Source of the DNA: a virus
Reading direction: 5' to 3' (one strand)
IMG/VR virus record: IMGVR_UViG_3300042881_006586
Length of the DNA: 64,000 nt
Below, piece by piece: positions 10,601 through 20,570 of the stretch (positions are counted from its first letter, which is position 1; each line of letters starts with the position of its first letter). The translations under genes were made by a program, and so were the position numbers. Below the pieces are notes generated by a model. The model was not told the origin of the DNA. It made no database searches and worked only from the letters and a program-made list of their open reading frames with translations.

Positions 10601-11845
10601 GACCCTAACAATGATACAACTCCTAATATTGATGAGAGTGTTATCAAAAAATTGATATATACAGAATGTGACTTTTTCAAATATTTGGAAATCAATGACC
10701 CTATTGCTTATCAAACAATAAGTGAGAAAATAAAATATTTTACTCCTGCATTTCATTCAATTACTCCGCAAGGATTTAATTCAAGGTTGACTTTTTTGCA
10801 TCAATGTACAAGGCAGGGAGAATCTATAGGATTGGATGGAGTTGATAATGTAAAAAATCTTGCTTTTGGTAGACCGCCTGTTTGTATTTTAAGAATTGGT
10901 GATTTCTTTCATACTAAAATTATTATAGATAGTTTAACTATTACATATAAAAATAATAACATTATGTGGGATTTGAACCCTGAAGGAATTGGGGTTCAAC
11001 CAATGTATGCAGATATTTCTTTAGGAATAAAGATTCTCGGTGGGATGTCAATGACTGCGCCTATAAATAGGTTGCAGAATGCTTTAAGTTTTAACTTTTA
11101 TGCTAATACTGAAATGTATGATGCAAGAGCTGATAGTGTTGTATTCCAACAGCAATTTAATGCTGCAGGTGAATTAGATGAAAATGCAACTTATGGCACT
11201 CCAAAAGCTGCTAAAATTGTAGATGGTATCAAGCTTTCTTCATTGATTAAAATTAGTGATGCTAAAAGGCAAGAAAGATTGGCAAAATTAAGGCAGGATA
11301 GTAGATTCACTTTATCTAATTCTACAGATGCAGTTGTTCCTACTGAACAAGTTTCAACTCTTGGTACAGTAGAATCTATATTAGAATTCAAAAAGAGAGC
11401 AGGTTTACCTTTAACTGAAAAAGAAAAAATTGATAAGAAAGTTGAAGATGAAATTAAGGATAAATTTCAATTGACAAATTTAGCTCCGATAGATGCTACA
11501 AAAATTAAGATAACTATGTCTGAAAATTTAAAGACTGAGAATTCTTTATTAAATGAACAGAGTAAAAATTTGTATTCAAACAGATTTAATTCAAAAAATC
11601 CTGATGATGTAGCATTCTTGAATAATTTATTAAAAAAGGATGAGCCTTTTATTCCTTTTGACCCTAAAAACCCTCAATCTGTTGCAGAATTTAATAATTT
11701 TATAGAATCTGTTAGTCAGTACTCTCAAGCAAGTTCAAGCAATCCTTCGGAAATAACAGACGAGAATAACAGAGAAACTGCAGAAGAATATTTAAGAGCT
11801 TACGGAAAAGTTTGGATTAACCCTAATGATTTAAGAAAAAGATAA
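7637..11845 (+). CDS. Tail tube initiator/baseplate protein with inserted OmpA-like peptidoglycan-binding domain
   Basis: Tube-like motifs GRIMWFPPY...W...FIGRGEKFYTYNNTER and PPVCILRIGDFFH...WDLN flank an OmpA-like segment (VYFPND...IIGNAS...NSSLASGRANNVKDW...RRVDI) and a PQ/PE linker. Confidence 0.65.
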   Translation: MATLLSLIGESERFRIKPKNLQPTDDVTENGFSSYLDDYGTVALQDYTNDTNIESPSVLDIGTIAIADRKDYNVFPQDVYNEAEVERIDVSVIDMPSIGDISEDIYLSNVIYNKYANLDYIPFEVEDAVGVQNQSESYGDYIAEVLSNLEQRGNSLADIFIGQWNRDDSPIGVIGGQALNTALQNQFKDGVERKIFSIVNKSLLNILDGGALIRQDYNITTGKTFLGRAVEFAAKLGGLENPISYLPEDAFNFNRTKTVSKNGKVTYLGSGLSYKEQVNLMLDYTGKGQQKQLLNLLEMNIYRDKIEGRTKTLEANLYIPYIIGYPTSLNAKDFIVAETKATGEYFEPYGVVSRHRNNEGSIGDIDKQIFSDGFWFQWTFDSKKESIGWIKRNNNPFRDSPQSLLFKTQELLKENSNIGAFLDLSEKSFVEVIDGETRVISRSDGTTASATKKYDDGTTIQAGDYFRVWTKERGYNRLSRALRHRALDNGDKRSVLNENGIPNYAPTTRTATEQNGLGTDDIIKRYMFSLENLAWNDHMDDLPECEQGAGDPLTGTRGRIMWFPPYNLDFDESVTVSWNDHSFIGRGEKFYTYNNTERTGKLSFSILVDHPDIIHLKELQGAKTQYWERYFKGDKAVEEDAIDKYNKQKKISQNELDALNVIKKPIPPKYKKVTKTIKTVRKVEQEKKVEVKKKEDEGKKDASKGYGDLILSVYFPNDETNVPLAPVTYNYSSEDDGYVEDKGLSLRILQLNNYGYEGGAKINDLNFVSTDNYVIENSSGLKYKIKGQNTAVNDKFTYKGGTLASWQYVCNQNNSPRGYKDRNNNGLNNKFYFEWKSTFLKILKGVQNAEVTIIGNASGAIPVGITNSSLASGRANNVKDWFNKNVIKLLNTLGQDTKGIKIAVDSKGDLEDTEKAKEKKPFCQDCDESDKEECKKTRRVDIFIKVLTPNPQPQPQPEPQPQPEITENTIEEIQTLEEYVLDTDEGNTDPNNDTTPNIDESVIKKLIYTECDFFKYLEINDPIAYQTISEKIKYFTPAFHSITPQGFNSRLTFLHQCTRQGESIGLDGVDNVKNLAFGRPPVCILRIGDFFHTKIIIDSLTITYKNNNIMWDLNPEGIGVQPMYADISLGIKILGGMSMTAPINRLQNALSFNFYANTEMYDARADSVVFQQQFNAAGELDENATYGTPKAAKIVDGIKLSSLIKISDAKRQERLAKLRQDSRFTLSNSTDAVVPTEQVSTLGTVESILEFKKRAGLPLTEKEKIDKKVEDEIKDKFQLTNLAPIDATKIKITMSENLKTENSLLNEQSKNLYSNRFNSKNPDDVAFLNNLLKKDEPFIPFDPKNPQSVAEFNNFIESVSQYSQASSSNPSEITDENNRETAEEYLRAYGKVWINPNDLRKR

Positions 11846-11855
11846 AATATAATTT

Positions 11856-12173
11856 ATGGCAAATTTTAATAGATACGCAAAAATAAGTGTAAATGGTGAA
11901 ACTAAATTGATGCCATTTATAAAAATAAGAGAAAAGGGAACTGATAAAACATTGGTTTGGAATAGTGAAATTCATCGCACGGATATTTTAAGTCAAAGGT
12001 ATTATGGACTTCCTACTGAAGGATGGTTGATAATGATGGCAAATCCTCAATTTGGTACAGATGAATTTGATATTCCTGATGGAACAATCATAAGAATTCC
12101 ATATCCTTATACTACTTCAATTCAATCATTTATTGATGATATGAATAGATTTGATAACAAATTTGGTTTTTAA
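11856..12173 (+). CDS. LysM-like / gp53-like baseplate wedge protein
   Basis: RTDILSQRYYG....WLIMMANP...IPDGTIIRIP. Confidence 0.75.
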   Translation: MANFNRYAKISVNGETKLMPFIKIREKGTDKTLVWNSEIHRTDILSQRYYGLPTEGWLIMMANPQFGTDEFDIPDGTIIRIPYPYTTSIQSFIDDMNRFDNKFGF

Positions 12174-12201
12174 AAACTTTTCTTTAAATTAATAATAAAA
12201 A

Positions 12202-15200
12202 ATGGCAGGTTTTGAAACAATATCTAATGAGAACTTTTTTACAGTTGTAGTTGACCCTAATGGCTTAAATAAAGAAAATGTTAGGCATGAAGATTTATTT
12301 ATTTTTGTAGACTTCAGGGCTATGCCTAAAAGTCGTTCAATAGTAGAAACAGATGGGACTATAAGTAATGATGTATTTAATTCAAAAGGAATTAGTTTTA
12401 TTGCTTCAACTACGCAAAATGGAAAAGAATATCTTACAACGAATTATACTAATATTGGTGGTAAACAAATGCAAGAAAAAGAGGCATTTGGTATAGATAA
12501 TATAAAAATAGAATTTGGAAAAGATTTAGCTCCGATTGTTCAAATGAAATTTCTTGATGCAAGGGGTGCAGGATTGTTTAATGGGTATGAAACTGTAGAT
12601 GAAAAAGGGGTTTTATCTAATGATTCATATTTTTCCACTTTTTTTAGTTTACCTTATCCTGTTTTTCAATTAACAGTAAAAGGCTATTATGGGAAAGCTA
12701 TCACTTATTGTTTAAATTTGATGAAATGGAATATTACATTCAATGCAGATAAAGGTGATTTTGAAATTGATGCAACTTTTCAAGGATTTACTTTTGCATT
12801 TCTTGCAGATATTCTAATGAGTCATGTTATAGCTATAACTACATCCGAAATAGGGCAAGAGGCATTAAAAAAAGAAGGTGTAATAAGTATTACAGATTTA
12901 GTAGGAAGATTAGGTAAATTAACGCAGATAAGTGAAGACTTTAAGAAAAGTAGTTCTTCTTATGAAGAATTAAAATTCGTCAACAGTCTACTATTAGACC
13001 GAATAGATAAAATTATAGAAGTTGTAGGTCAACCTATGACTAAATCTAATTTTTCTACTTTCGGAAATAAACTTCCTATACCTCAATTAAAATTAAATAC
13101 CGACCAAATTTTCGTAAGAGACGTAGGGGTTATTTCTGAAGAAAAATCTGATATCCTTAAAATAATAATTGAAGACCTTGATAAATATATCAAAGAATAC
13201 AATGATTTTATAAAAACTAATTTGACAAAATATAGTTATGGAAATCAATACAAGATTGATGATTTTAATATAAATATTCCTGCTATTTCATATTTAATTG
13301 ACGATAGTAGTACAAATAAAATAATTACAGAAGCTTTAAAGGATGGTTTATCTGCAGACCCAAATATTACTACAACAGGAGCTTTAAGAAGTAGATTAGG
13401 TTTAGCAGAAGATTCTAAAAAGAAATTTTTTATTATTGATTTTCATCCGTTCAGAAAAGAACTTGCTGAAATAAAAGATGAATTAACCAAAAAGAAAAAT
13501 GAATTAGAAAAAAAGGTAAATGAAGAATTAAATGCCAATATTGAAAACCAAATTGGATTGAAATTAAATATTCAAAACGTTTTCAATATTCTAACAGGAA
13601 ATATTGATGCTTATTTAAAAGTTATTTATGACCATGCAAGAGCTGCAGATAATCCCGATATTCAAAAGGAACGTGTAAAAGCTCTTAGAAGTGGTAAAAA
13701 TGATATCAATGATGGTGTTAATAGGGTATACCCTTTTCCTGCGGTTTTTGATTCAAAAGAAGATAAAGAAATTTGGATTGGAGATATTGTAGGTGAAGAT
13801 AATCCTTATTTTCCTGAAATAAATTTGGTTAGAACAACTATCAATTCATTTATTACTTCAAACGGTAAAAGTGCTAATAAGAATACAACAGATAATTCTA
13901 AAAATACTGTCGGTATTTCGGGAGATAGTTGGATTCCTGTGAATCCCACTGATTATTCTCCTATACCTTATGAAACTATTAATAAACTAAATTTTAATGG
14001 AAATCAAATTCCTACTGAATTAGCTACAGAAATAGTTAAAAGGGCTACTAATGCTTATAATAAAACAGGTCATAGGGAAAGTACTTTTAACCTTTTTTCT
14101 CAATTTGAAGCAGCTTTTTCTTTCAGTAAAACAACTGAATCTGTTATTAAAAATATTATAAATAATACTGATTCAAATACTTTTGCAGATTCTGTTATTA
14201 ATAGTGCATCTACAGGTACAGATGTTACGGTAAATAATACTACTGTGACAAAAAACACTAAAGTTGAAACTACTGATAATACAACTGTAACTACAACTAC
14301 TACTCAAACTGTCACAGTTATTGAGACAGTTGAACCTGTATTGGTTTTACCTGATGACTATATAAAATATATACTTTCTTTTGAAAAGGCATATAATTAT
14401 CCAAATTATGGATTAAACGCATCAGACCCTAATGGTTCTTATGGAACAAGTTTTCCTAATAATAAGATTCCAAGTAATTTTACCGAGAATGATGCAATCA
14501 ATCTTTATAAGAGTGCATTTTATATTCCATTTTTAACAGATGTTCCTGAAGGATTAGTACCCATTCTTTTGGATATTTGTGTAAATCAAGTTGACCCTTT
14601 AGGGATGTTACTTGCTGCAGCTTATAATTTATCTGAAAATGGTGCTATTCCAATACCATTAAGCACTGTAAGGGTAATATGGTTTGGTAAATCTGAAGGG
14701 CTTTATATTGTTCCACAAAATACTATACCTTTTCCAAGTCAATATACCACTACATCTTCTTATAGTTATTTTCAAACATATAAGACTGCTATTATTGCTT
14801 TATATAATGCTAATCCTAAAGCATTAATTGATGAGCTTTCGAAAGTAAGATTAATGTATTATAGTCAAACAAATGGTAAAGAAAAAATAAGTAGAAATAA
14901 GGTTACTTTCTTTAATGAATGGAGTATTCGTACTTTTGCGATGGCACAATTTGCAAAAGATATTTCTATTAATAAGGCTCAAGAATATAATTATTATCAT
15001 GGAATAAATTCTGAATTTTATAAAAGAGGAAGTAATTTTTCTTTTGAATTAAAAAGTGCAAAAGATTCAGAAGAAAGTTCTATTTGGTTTAATAAAGTTG
15101 CTAACACTGCTACACCTTATCTTTCCAATGTCAATCCTGAACTCAATACTAATAAAAATGTAAATACTACTTTACCTGTTACAGATGTAAATAAAATCAT

Positions 15201-18075
15201 CTTCTTAGGTACAAATCGTTTTACCGATGATGATACCCAAATTGCAGCCTTTAATGCTCAAAATAAAAGAGATTTATCTTCTTTTGTGACCGATATTATA
15301 ACTCCTGTTTCAAAAGCAACAGGTTTTTCAATTGAAGATTTTTTAATCCCTACGAAATTTAAAGATGTCCATAGAAGTTTAGATAAAAAGACTTATGTTA
15401 TAAAAGGGGATATAACAGATTTAATTTGGAAAGACGATGTTAAAGCTTCAATAAAGAAATTTCATAAATCAAAAACAAGTAATGACTTATTACCTGATAA
15501 ATCTTATGCAGGTGTAATAATTTCTCAAATAAATGATTTATGTGTATTCGATGGTCAAAGAAACCCTTTAATAGATTTTGTAAGTACTCCTGATGTAAAT
15601 TCTAAATATACAAATTTGTTAAGGAAGTATATTGGATTTGGACTTCTAAAAGGTGCAGATACAGACAAACTGCTTTTTAACCAATATTATTATGTAAATT
15701 CTAATATTAATGAAAAAGCTTATATGTTTCTTTTGACTATTCCTCTTGGAAATATTTTAGATTTTTATAAGATTTTGAATATGGGAGGAATTTATAAGAT
15801 GACTAAAATTCAATTGGCGTGGGTTGCATCTCAATTTTGGAGAGCTAAAATTTTAAGAGATGAAAATAGGGATGTTTTTGATAACATAATATTAAAAATA
15901 AGTAATTTAGTTGGAACTGATTCTACAGAATTACCTCCTGAACAAATTCAGATATATTTGAATGGATTGTTTGATTTACAACGTTCTACAAGATATAATA
16001 ATAATAATAATAATAATAATTTAAGCTATTTACCAAATCTTGATGATTATAGTGAAGTATTTATTCAAAAGCTTTCAAAATATTTTGAAGATTGGATAAC
16101 TAATGACTTCTTCTATCCTTCAAATTATGCATTGTCAGATTTTAATGCTTCAAAAATAAAATTGGAAGATTATGTAACACAATATCATACTTTTTTCCTA
16201 TTATCTGCAGAATCTCCTAATTCTAAAAATCATGAGGATTTTAAATTTTATTACAATAAAGTATTGGAAACTTTAATTGAGCCTGTTGATATTCATGTGA
16301 ATGATATAAATGCTGTCAAAAAGACTTTGAAGAAAGAAGATATTTTATCACAAGATATTCTAAAACAATATTTAGTTCGTTGGATAGATACATACAAGTC
16401 TTTTGTAAATGAAGAGTTAAAGAATCCAAAAAAAGAAAATACTGCAAATACAGGAACTGAAACATTTTATACAACAGATAAAGATACTAAAGTTGCAGTT
16501 TATAGACATTATAAAAATCTATATGATAAATGGATTGGTGGAACACTTGATGGAAGAGTTTATAATCTTTGTTCAAATAGTGGCACTGCGCAAAGTGGAA
16601 GAAAGCTTATTGACAGATTCCATTTTGTGGATGCAGCATTTAATCCAATAGGAGATAAGGCTGTTATAGACCCTAAAGCTCTTATGAAGTTATCCACACA
16701 ATCTTCTGAAGATTTTCATATATTCTTAGGTTCGTTGGCAAGAGATTCAAATTTTAATTTACATTCTTTACCATCATCTATTCATTATAAAACTCCACAA
16801 GATGGACTTGATATGTGGAAGCCTTATACCACTGCTAATGATGCAAATAGTGGTGCTGCTTATATTTTACAATATAGAGGTGGAAATTCAAAACATTTAG
16901 ATTTAGGGAAAAAATCTCTTTATGTGAACGATGGATTTGATTTTAGAGAAACTGATATAGGAAAAATTCCTGATGCATTCAAAAAAAGAATTCCTATGAA
17001 TGCAAATAATGTTCCAAAGGATAAAGATAAATATAATTTGGTTATATTCCGTGTTGGATATGCAGACCAAAATCAATCAATATTTAAAAGTATTTCATTA
17101 AACCAATCAGAGCATAAAGAGACTGATGAATACTATAAAGCATTTGCAGATGCTGTTGATAATAGAGGTGGGACAAAACCAATGTATAAAAAGGTAAATT
17201 TATATAATTTATTTGCTATAAGAAGTTATAAATGTAGTGTTACTTGTTTAGGTAACATGATGGTTAATGCATTAAATTATTTCCAATTAGATAATGTTCC
17301 TTTTTTTCATGGAGCATATCAAATTGCTAAAGTAAGTCATAGTATTTCTGTACATAATATTGAAACTACCTTTGAAGGATATAGAATGCCAAGATATACT
17401 TATCCTTTTATTGATAGTGTAATAGCCTATGTACAAATACCTCTTTCTGAAACACTGTTTAGCGGTGAAGCAAAAACAAAACCTGTTATTAGACCTTTAG
17501 GGGGAAAAAGTTATTCTGAAGCTGAAACAACAAGTCCTAATAGTACTAATTTGGTTGGTAGTGATAAACCTTTAAGGGATGATTTAGAAAGTACTGTTAG
17601 TATAATGCATCCAAGTGTTCAAAGTACATTTAGAGCATTTTTTCAAGATGTTGAAACTATATTAGGTTATAAAATTGTATATGTTTCTTCGTATAGAGGT
17701 TGGGCAGATAGCGTTAAAGTTTGGAATACGAATCCTGACGTACAAAAGTGTTGTAAACCTGGGCAGGATTACCATTTCTTCGGTCTTTCAGCAGATATAA
17801 CTATATCAAAAGATAATAAAGTTTTAGGTTTAAATTCTTCGAAAAAAGATTGGGAAGCTACAGGTATTAGAGAAATTGCAAGAAAATATAAAATGAGATG
17901 GGGTATTGATTTTGCATTTGGTACTGTAGGAGACCCTATTCACTTTGATATACCTTTACACACTATGGCAGATTTGGTTAAACGTGCTATTGAAAAAAAT
18001 GGCAGTTTAGAAAAAACTGAAGGAAATAAAATGGATTTTACAGGATTACCCGAAAATACATGGAAAATCGCATAA
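12202..18075 (+). CDS. Large baseplate hub / tail lysin with GH108-like and M15-family peptidase domains
   Basis: 1957 aa. Hub-like N-terminus (FGIDNIKIEF...FLDARG...LPYPVFQLTVKGYYG) and near-C-terminal GNMMV...YFQL.NVP.F.GAY.I..V.H. GH108-like segment near 14360-14940. C-terminal SSYR...YHFFGLSAD...RWG...DPIHFD. Confidence 0.7.
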   Translation: MAGFETISNENFFTVVVDPNGLNKENVRHEDLFIFVDFRAMPKSRSIVETDGTISNDVFNSKGISFIASTTQNGKEYLTTNYTNIGGKQMQEKEAFGIDNIKIEFGKDLAPIVQMKFLDARGAGLFNGYETVDEKGVLSNDSYFSTFFSLPYPVFQLTVKGYYGKAITYCLNLMKWNITFNADKGDFEIDATFQGFTFAFLADILMSHVIAITTSEIGQEALKKEGVISITDLVGRLGKLTQISEDFKKSSSSYEELKFVNSLLLDRIDKIIEVVGQPMTKSNFSTFGNKLPIPQLKLNTDQIFVRDVGVISEEKSDILKIIIEDLDKYIKEYNDFIKTNLTKYSYGNQYKIDDFNINIPAISYLIDDSSTNKIITEALKDGLSADPNITTTGALRSRLGLAEDSKKKFFIIDFHPFRKELAEIKDELTKKKNELEKKVNEELNANIENQIGLKLNIQNVFNILTGNIDAYLKVIYDHARAADNPDIQKERVKALRSGKNDINDGVNRVYPFPAVFDSKEDKEIWIGDIVGEDNPYFPEINLVRTTINSFITSNGKSANKNTTDNSKNTVGISGDSWIPVNPTDYSPIPYETINKLNFNGNQIPTELATEIVKRATNAYNKTGHRESTFNLFSQFEAAFSFSKTTESVIKNIINNTDSNTFADSVINSASTGTDVTVNNTTVTKNTKVETTDNTTVTTTTTQTVTVIETVEPVLVLPDDYIKYILSFEKAYNYPNYGLNASDPNGSYGTSFPNNKIPSNFTENDAINLYKSAFYIPFLTDVPEGLVPILLDICVNQVDPLGMLLAAAYNLSENGAIPIPLSTVRVIWFGKSEGLYIVPQNTIPFPSQYTTTSSYSYFQTYKTAIIALYNANPKALIDELSKVRLMYYSQTNGKEKISRNKVTFFNEWSIRTFAMAQFAKDISINKAQEYNYYHGINSEFYKRGSNFSFELKSAKDSEESSIWFNKVANTATPYLSNVNPELNTNKNVNTTLPVTDVNKIIFLGTNRFTDDDTQIAAFNAQNKRDLSSFVTDIITPVSKATGFSIEDFLIPTKFKDVHRSLDKKTYVIKGDITDLIWKDDVKASIKKFHKSKTSNDLLPDKSYAGVIISQINDLCVFDGQRNPLIDFVSTPDVNSKYTNLLRKYIGFGLLKGADTDKLLFNQYYYVNSNINEKAYMFLLTIPLGNILDFYKILNMGGIYKMTKIQLAWVASQFWRAKILRDENRDVFDNIILKISNLVGTDSTELPPEQIQIYLNGLFDLQRSTRYNNNNNNNNLSYLPNLDDYSEVFIQKLSKYFEDWITNDFFYPSNYALSDFNASKIKLEDYVTQYHTFFLLSAESPNSKNHEDFKFYYNKVLETLIEPVDIHVNDINAVKKTLKKEDILSQDILKQYLVRWIDTYKSFVNEELKNPKKENTANTGTETFYTTDKDTKVAVYRHYKNLYDKWIGGTLDGRVYNLCSNSGTAQSGRKLIDRFHFVDAAFNPIGDKAVIDPKALMKLSTQSSEDFHIFLGSLARDSNFNLHSLPSSIHYKTPQDGLDMWKPYTTANDANSGAAYILQYRGGNSKHLDLGKKSLYVNDGFDFRETDIGKIPDAFKKRIPMNANNVPKDKDKYNLVIFRVGYADQNQSIFKSISLNQSEHKETDEYYKAFADAVDNRGGTKPMYKKVNLYNLFAIRSYKCSVTCLGNMMVNALNYFQLDNVPFFHGAYQIAKVSHSISVHNIETTFEGYRMPRYTYPFIDSVIAYVQIPLSETLFSGEAKTKPVIRPLGGKSYSEAETTSPNSTNLVGSDKPLRDDLESTVSIMHPSVQSTFRAFFQDVETILGYKIVYVSSYRGWADSVKVWNTNPDVQKCCKPGQDYHFFGLSADITISKDNKVLGLNSSKKDWEATGIREIARKYKMRWGIDFAFGTVGDPIHFDIPLHTMADLVKRAIEKNGSLEKTEGNKMDFTGLPENTWKIA
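15997..16020 (+). repeat. (AAT)8 microsatellite encoding poly-Asn
   Basis: Eight perfect AAT units in frame in the hub gene. Confidence 0.9.
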
Positions 18076-18084
18076 AAATATTAT

Positions 18085-18939
18085 ATGAATACACTAAAAT
18101 TTTCAGATATAAATGTTAAGGATTTTAACAATTTGTTAAAAACGAATTTTAATCCTAATTCCCCTAAAAAATATAATACAACCTCATACCAAAGTTTTGC
18201 ATGGGCTAAAAGTGCTTTAAATGAACTTGGGATTACTTTTGATGATAGTATAAATTCTGCTTGGGCATTATTCTCTAAATTGGATGATATTAATATGAGA
18301 TATATTAAAAAGGCTAAATTTAGAGAAGGTATTCAAAACGGATTTGATAATAATACTCTTGCAAAAATTATTCCTAATGGTTCAATTGTATTTGGTTACT
18401 TTGTAGGTAATCCTTATGTGTTTAGGTCGATAGATGAAATGTTTTCTTTAAATCTAAGTTTAGGAATCATTAAACAGCTTTTTTTAAAACCTTATTTGAA
18501 ATTAGATGATATACCAAATGTAAACGAAGATACAAATGATTTTGGATGGTATGATTCAACTCCTATTAGTCAAATGAAATTTTCTGAAGAAGGGTTTAAA
18601 ACAAAATGGGATAAAGTTAAAAATAAAAATCTTATTGGCAAAAAACTACCTTTTGTCCCTATCAACCATATTGGTATATTTGCAAATGGTCATTTATTGC
18701 ATTATTGTTCAGATATTTTAGTAGAACCATCAGATTCTTTAAGAATTGTTGCGTATTATGATTTTAAAACCTTATTTTTGTTGGATGCCACAAAACGTTT
18801 TGGAAAGTCTGCAGTGGATTTAGCAAATAATGTAAGAGGATTTACTGATACTGCTAATAATTTGCAAAGTAGTGAAAGTCTTACTAACTTAAAAGACATT
18901 TCAGATATTATTAATATAGCTAAAAAATTTAACGTTTGA
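18085..18939 (+). CDS. Hypothetical protein, possible degenerate NlpC/P60-like fold
   Basis: PNGSIVFGY...NHIGIF...LLHY resembles the NlpC/P60 G-D-hhF and H-hGh elements. No Cys at the expected catalytic position. Confidence 0.35.
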   Translation: MNTLKFSDINVKDFNNLLKTNFNPNSPKKYNTTSYQSFAWAKSALNELGITFDDSINSAWALFSKLDDINMRYIKKAKFREGIQNGFDNNTLAKIIPNGSIVFGYFVGNPYVFRSIDEMFSLNLSLGIIKQLFLKPYLKLDDIPNVNEDTNDFGWYDSTPISQMKFSEEGFKTKWDKVKNKNLIGKKLPFVPINHIGIFANGHLLHYCSDILVEPSDSLRIVAYYDFKTLFLLDATKRFGKSAVDLANNVRGFTDTANNLQSSESLTNLKDISDIINIAKKFNV

Positions 18940-19451
18940 TGAAAATTGGTAACATTTATAATTATGGGTTTGATATACCTGATTTTTTTAATAACGTTAA
19001 AGAAATCCATAATGAACAAATGACTTTAATAGTAGGATGGAAAAATACTAAACAGCTTTATCCTGAAATGTCAATTTTGAATTGGAAAATAAGTGATAAT
19101 ATTTATTGGACAGTTGAACCTAATGAGGATAAAATCATATTTGAAAAAAATCTAATCAACTTCAAAAATGTTTGTATAAATAAAATAGTGAGTCAATATG
19201 ATTATAATTACATAGATTTACTACTGAATCCTAATCCACAGCTTGATTTGAGTCCACAAACAATTATACTTTTGAGAAATAATATATTCTATATAAAGAA
19301 CTTCAAAAATATATATGGTATATCATTAGAATTAAGTACCCATCTTAATTACAGCTTAAAAAATAAACTTTTTAACCAAAAAGTGGAAATCGAAGATGAA
19401 ATTCAAGAAAAATTTGATATCGAAGATAGATTTTTAGTGTGTTTTTTATAA
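18936..19451 (+). CDS. Hypothetical protein
   Basis: 171 aa ORF overlapping the upstream stop; TLIVGW motif, no function recognised. Confidence 0.6.
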   Translation: MMKIGNIYNYGFDIPDFFNNVKEIHNEQMTLIVGWKNTKQLYPEMSILNWKISDNIYWTVEPNEDKIIFEKNLINFKNVCINKIVSQYDYNYIDLLLNPNPQLDLSPQTIILLRNNIFYIKNFKNIYGISLELSTHLNYSLKNKLFNQKVEIEDEIQEKFDIEDRFLVCFL

Positions 19452-19497
19452 GTCTTTGATATTTATAATAAACAATTAACAGTTAAAAAATAAAAAA

Positions 19498-19644
19498 ATG
19501 GCTTGCACTTCAACTATTGGTCGTGTTTTTCCTTATGGATTATGCGTTACTCCTGATAAAAGAACTAACTACAAATACCCTCAAGATGTACCATCTTTGA
19601 ATGCAGTTGCATTATTTAGAAATAAGTATGGATTTAACCTGTAA
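19498..19644 (+). CDS. Small 48 aa protein missing from the ORF track (MACTSTIGRVFPYGLCVTPDKR...KYGFNL)
   Basis: ATG after an A-rich leader, TATTTAT motif at 19460, TAA 4 nt before the next ATG (19649). Confidence 0.65.
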   Translation: MACTSTIGRVFPYGLCVTPDKRTNYKYPQDVPSLNAVALFRNKYGFNL

Positions 19645-19648
19645 AATT

Positions 19649-19825
19649 ATGGAAAAGGAAAAAATAGAAGCAGCATTTGATAACTTTTTGAATCCTGAAG
19701 GAACAAAAGAAGAAACTAAGACTGCTACAGTAAAAAGTAAAAAAATTAACAAAAAATCTAACGAAATCATCGAACATGTTGAAAAGAAACTTGTCGTTGA
19801 GGATGGAAGAGAATTACTACTCTAA
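19649..19825 (+). CDS. Small hypothetical protein (58 aa; start revised from 19601)
   Basis: MEKEKIEAAF...LVVEDGRELLL. Starting at ATG 19649 removes the overlap with the 48 aa ORF. Confidence 0.65.
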   Translation: MEKEKIEAAFDNFLNPEGTKEETKTATVKSKKINKKSNEIIEHVEKKLVVEDGRELLL

Positions 19826-19826
19826 T

Positions 19827-20552
19827 ATGCGAAATTTAGACATTGACAAAATAAGCAAAAGATTGTTCGTTATTTCCGAATACGGTGTTCGTGAAAGCAT
19901 GTATAATCCATTTAAAGATGAAACTTTAACTGAACAAGACGCAGACCCAACTGCTGAAGATACAGCATTAGCAGGTGAGCTTGATGCAATTACTGCAGGA
20001 GCTACACCTCCTGCCGAAGGTGCAGCTCCTATGCCTGATATGGGTGCAGCTCCTATGCCTGATATGGGTGCAGCTCCTATGCCTGATATGAGTGCAACAG
20101 GTGGAACTGAAGAAGATGAGGTTGAAGTAGATGTTACAGATATTGTCAGTGGAGTAAAAAAAGCAGAAGATACTGTTGAAGAATTAGATGACAAAGTTGA
20201 AGGTTTAGGAAGTCAAGTAAATGATTATATTGAGAAACTTCTTCAAGCAAATGAAACTTTATTAAACAAAGTAAGTGAATTGGAAAAAAACATGAACAAG
20301 CAATTTGTTCAAAGAACACCAACTCCTTATGAGCAGTTAATGCTTCGTTCAATGTCATCTTATCCTTATACTCAACAGTTGACAGATTATTGGGCAAATG
20401 GTACAAATAAAGATATGTATATTTCTAATAAGACTTTAAAGCAATCTGAAGAAGAGGAAAATATGGAAGACGAAACTCCAAAGGAATACAATTTGACTTA
20501 TAAGGATATTAATGACACTTTTTCTGACGTTGATGTTAGAAAAACTTTTTAA
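19827..20552 (+). CDS. Acidic coiled-coil protein, possibly prohead core/scaffold-like (start revised from 19776)
   Basis: Acidic, Pro/Ala-rich disordered segment, EVEVDVTDIV followed by heptad-like helix, several [ILV]xE sites. Confidence 0.5.
   Translation: MRNLDIDKISKRLFVISEYGVRESMYNPFKDETLTEQDADPTAEDTALAGELDAITAGATPPAEGAAPMPDMGAAPMPDMGAAPMPDMSATGGTEEDEVEVDVTDIVSGVKKAEDTVEELDDKVEGLGSQVNDYIEKLLQANETLLNKVSELEKNMNKQFVQRTPTPYEQLMLRSMSSYPYTQQLTDYWANGTNKDMYISNKTLKQSEEEENMEDETPKEYNLTYKDINDTFSDVDVRKTF
20019..20090 (+). repeat. 3 x 24 bp perfect tandem repeat (GAAPMPDM)
   Basis: GGTGCAGCTCCTATGCCTGATATG three times, in frame. Confidence 0.95.
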
Positions 20553-20570
20553 AAAAAATATTAGTTTTTA

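Noticed and set aside
15997-16020. (AAT)8 as a phase-variation switch
   Set aside because: Triplet slippage keeps the frame; most likely a neutral linker.
1-18075. Bacterial extracellular contractile injection system or tailocin locus
   Set aside because: The tail genes are interleaved with phage replication, RNR and recombination genes; no host housekeeping genes are present.
20019-20090. 24 bp repeat as CRISPR or iterons
   Set aside because: No spacers; the repeat is in-frame coding sequence.
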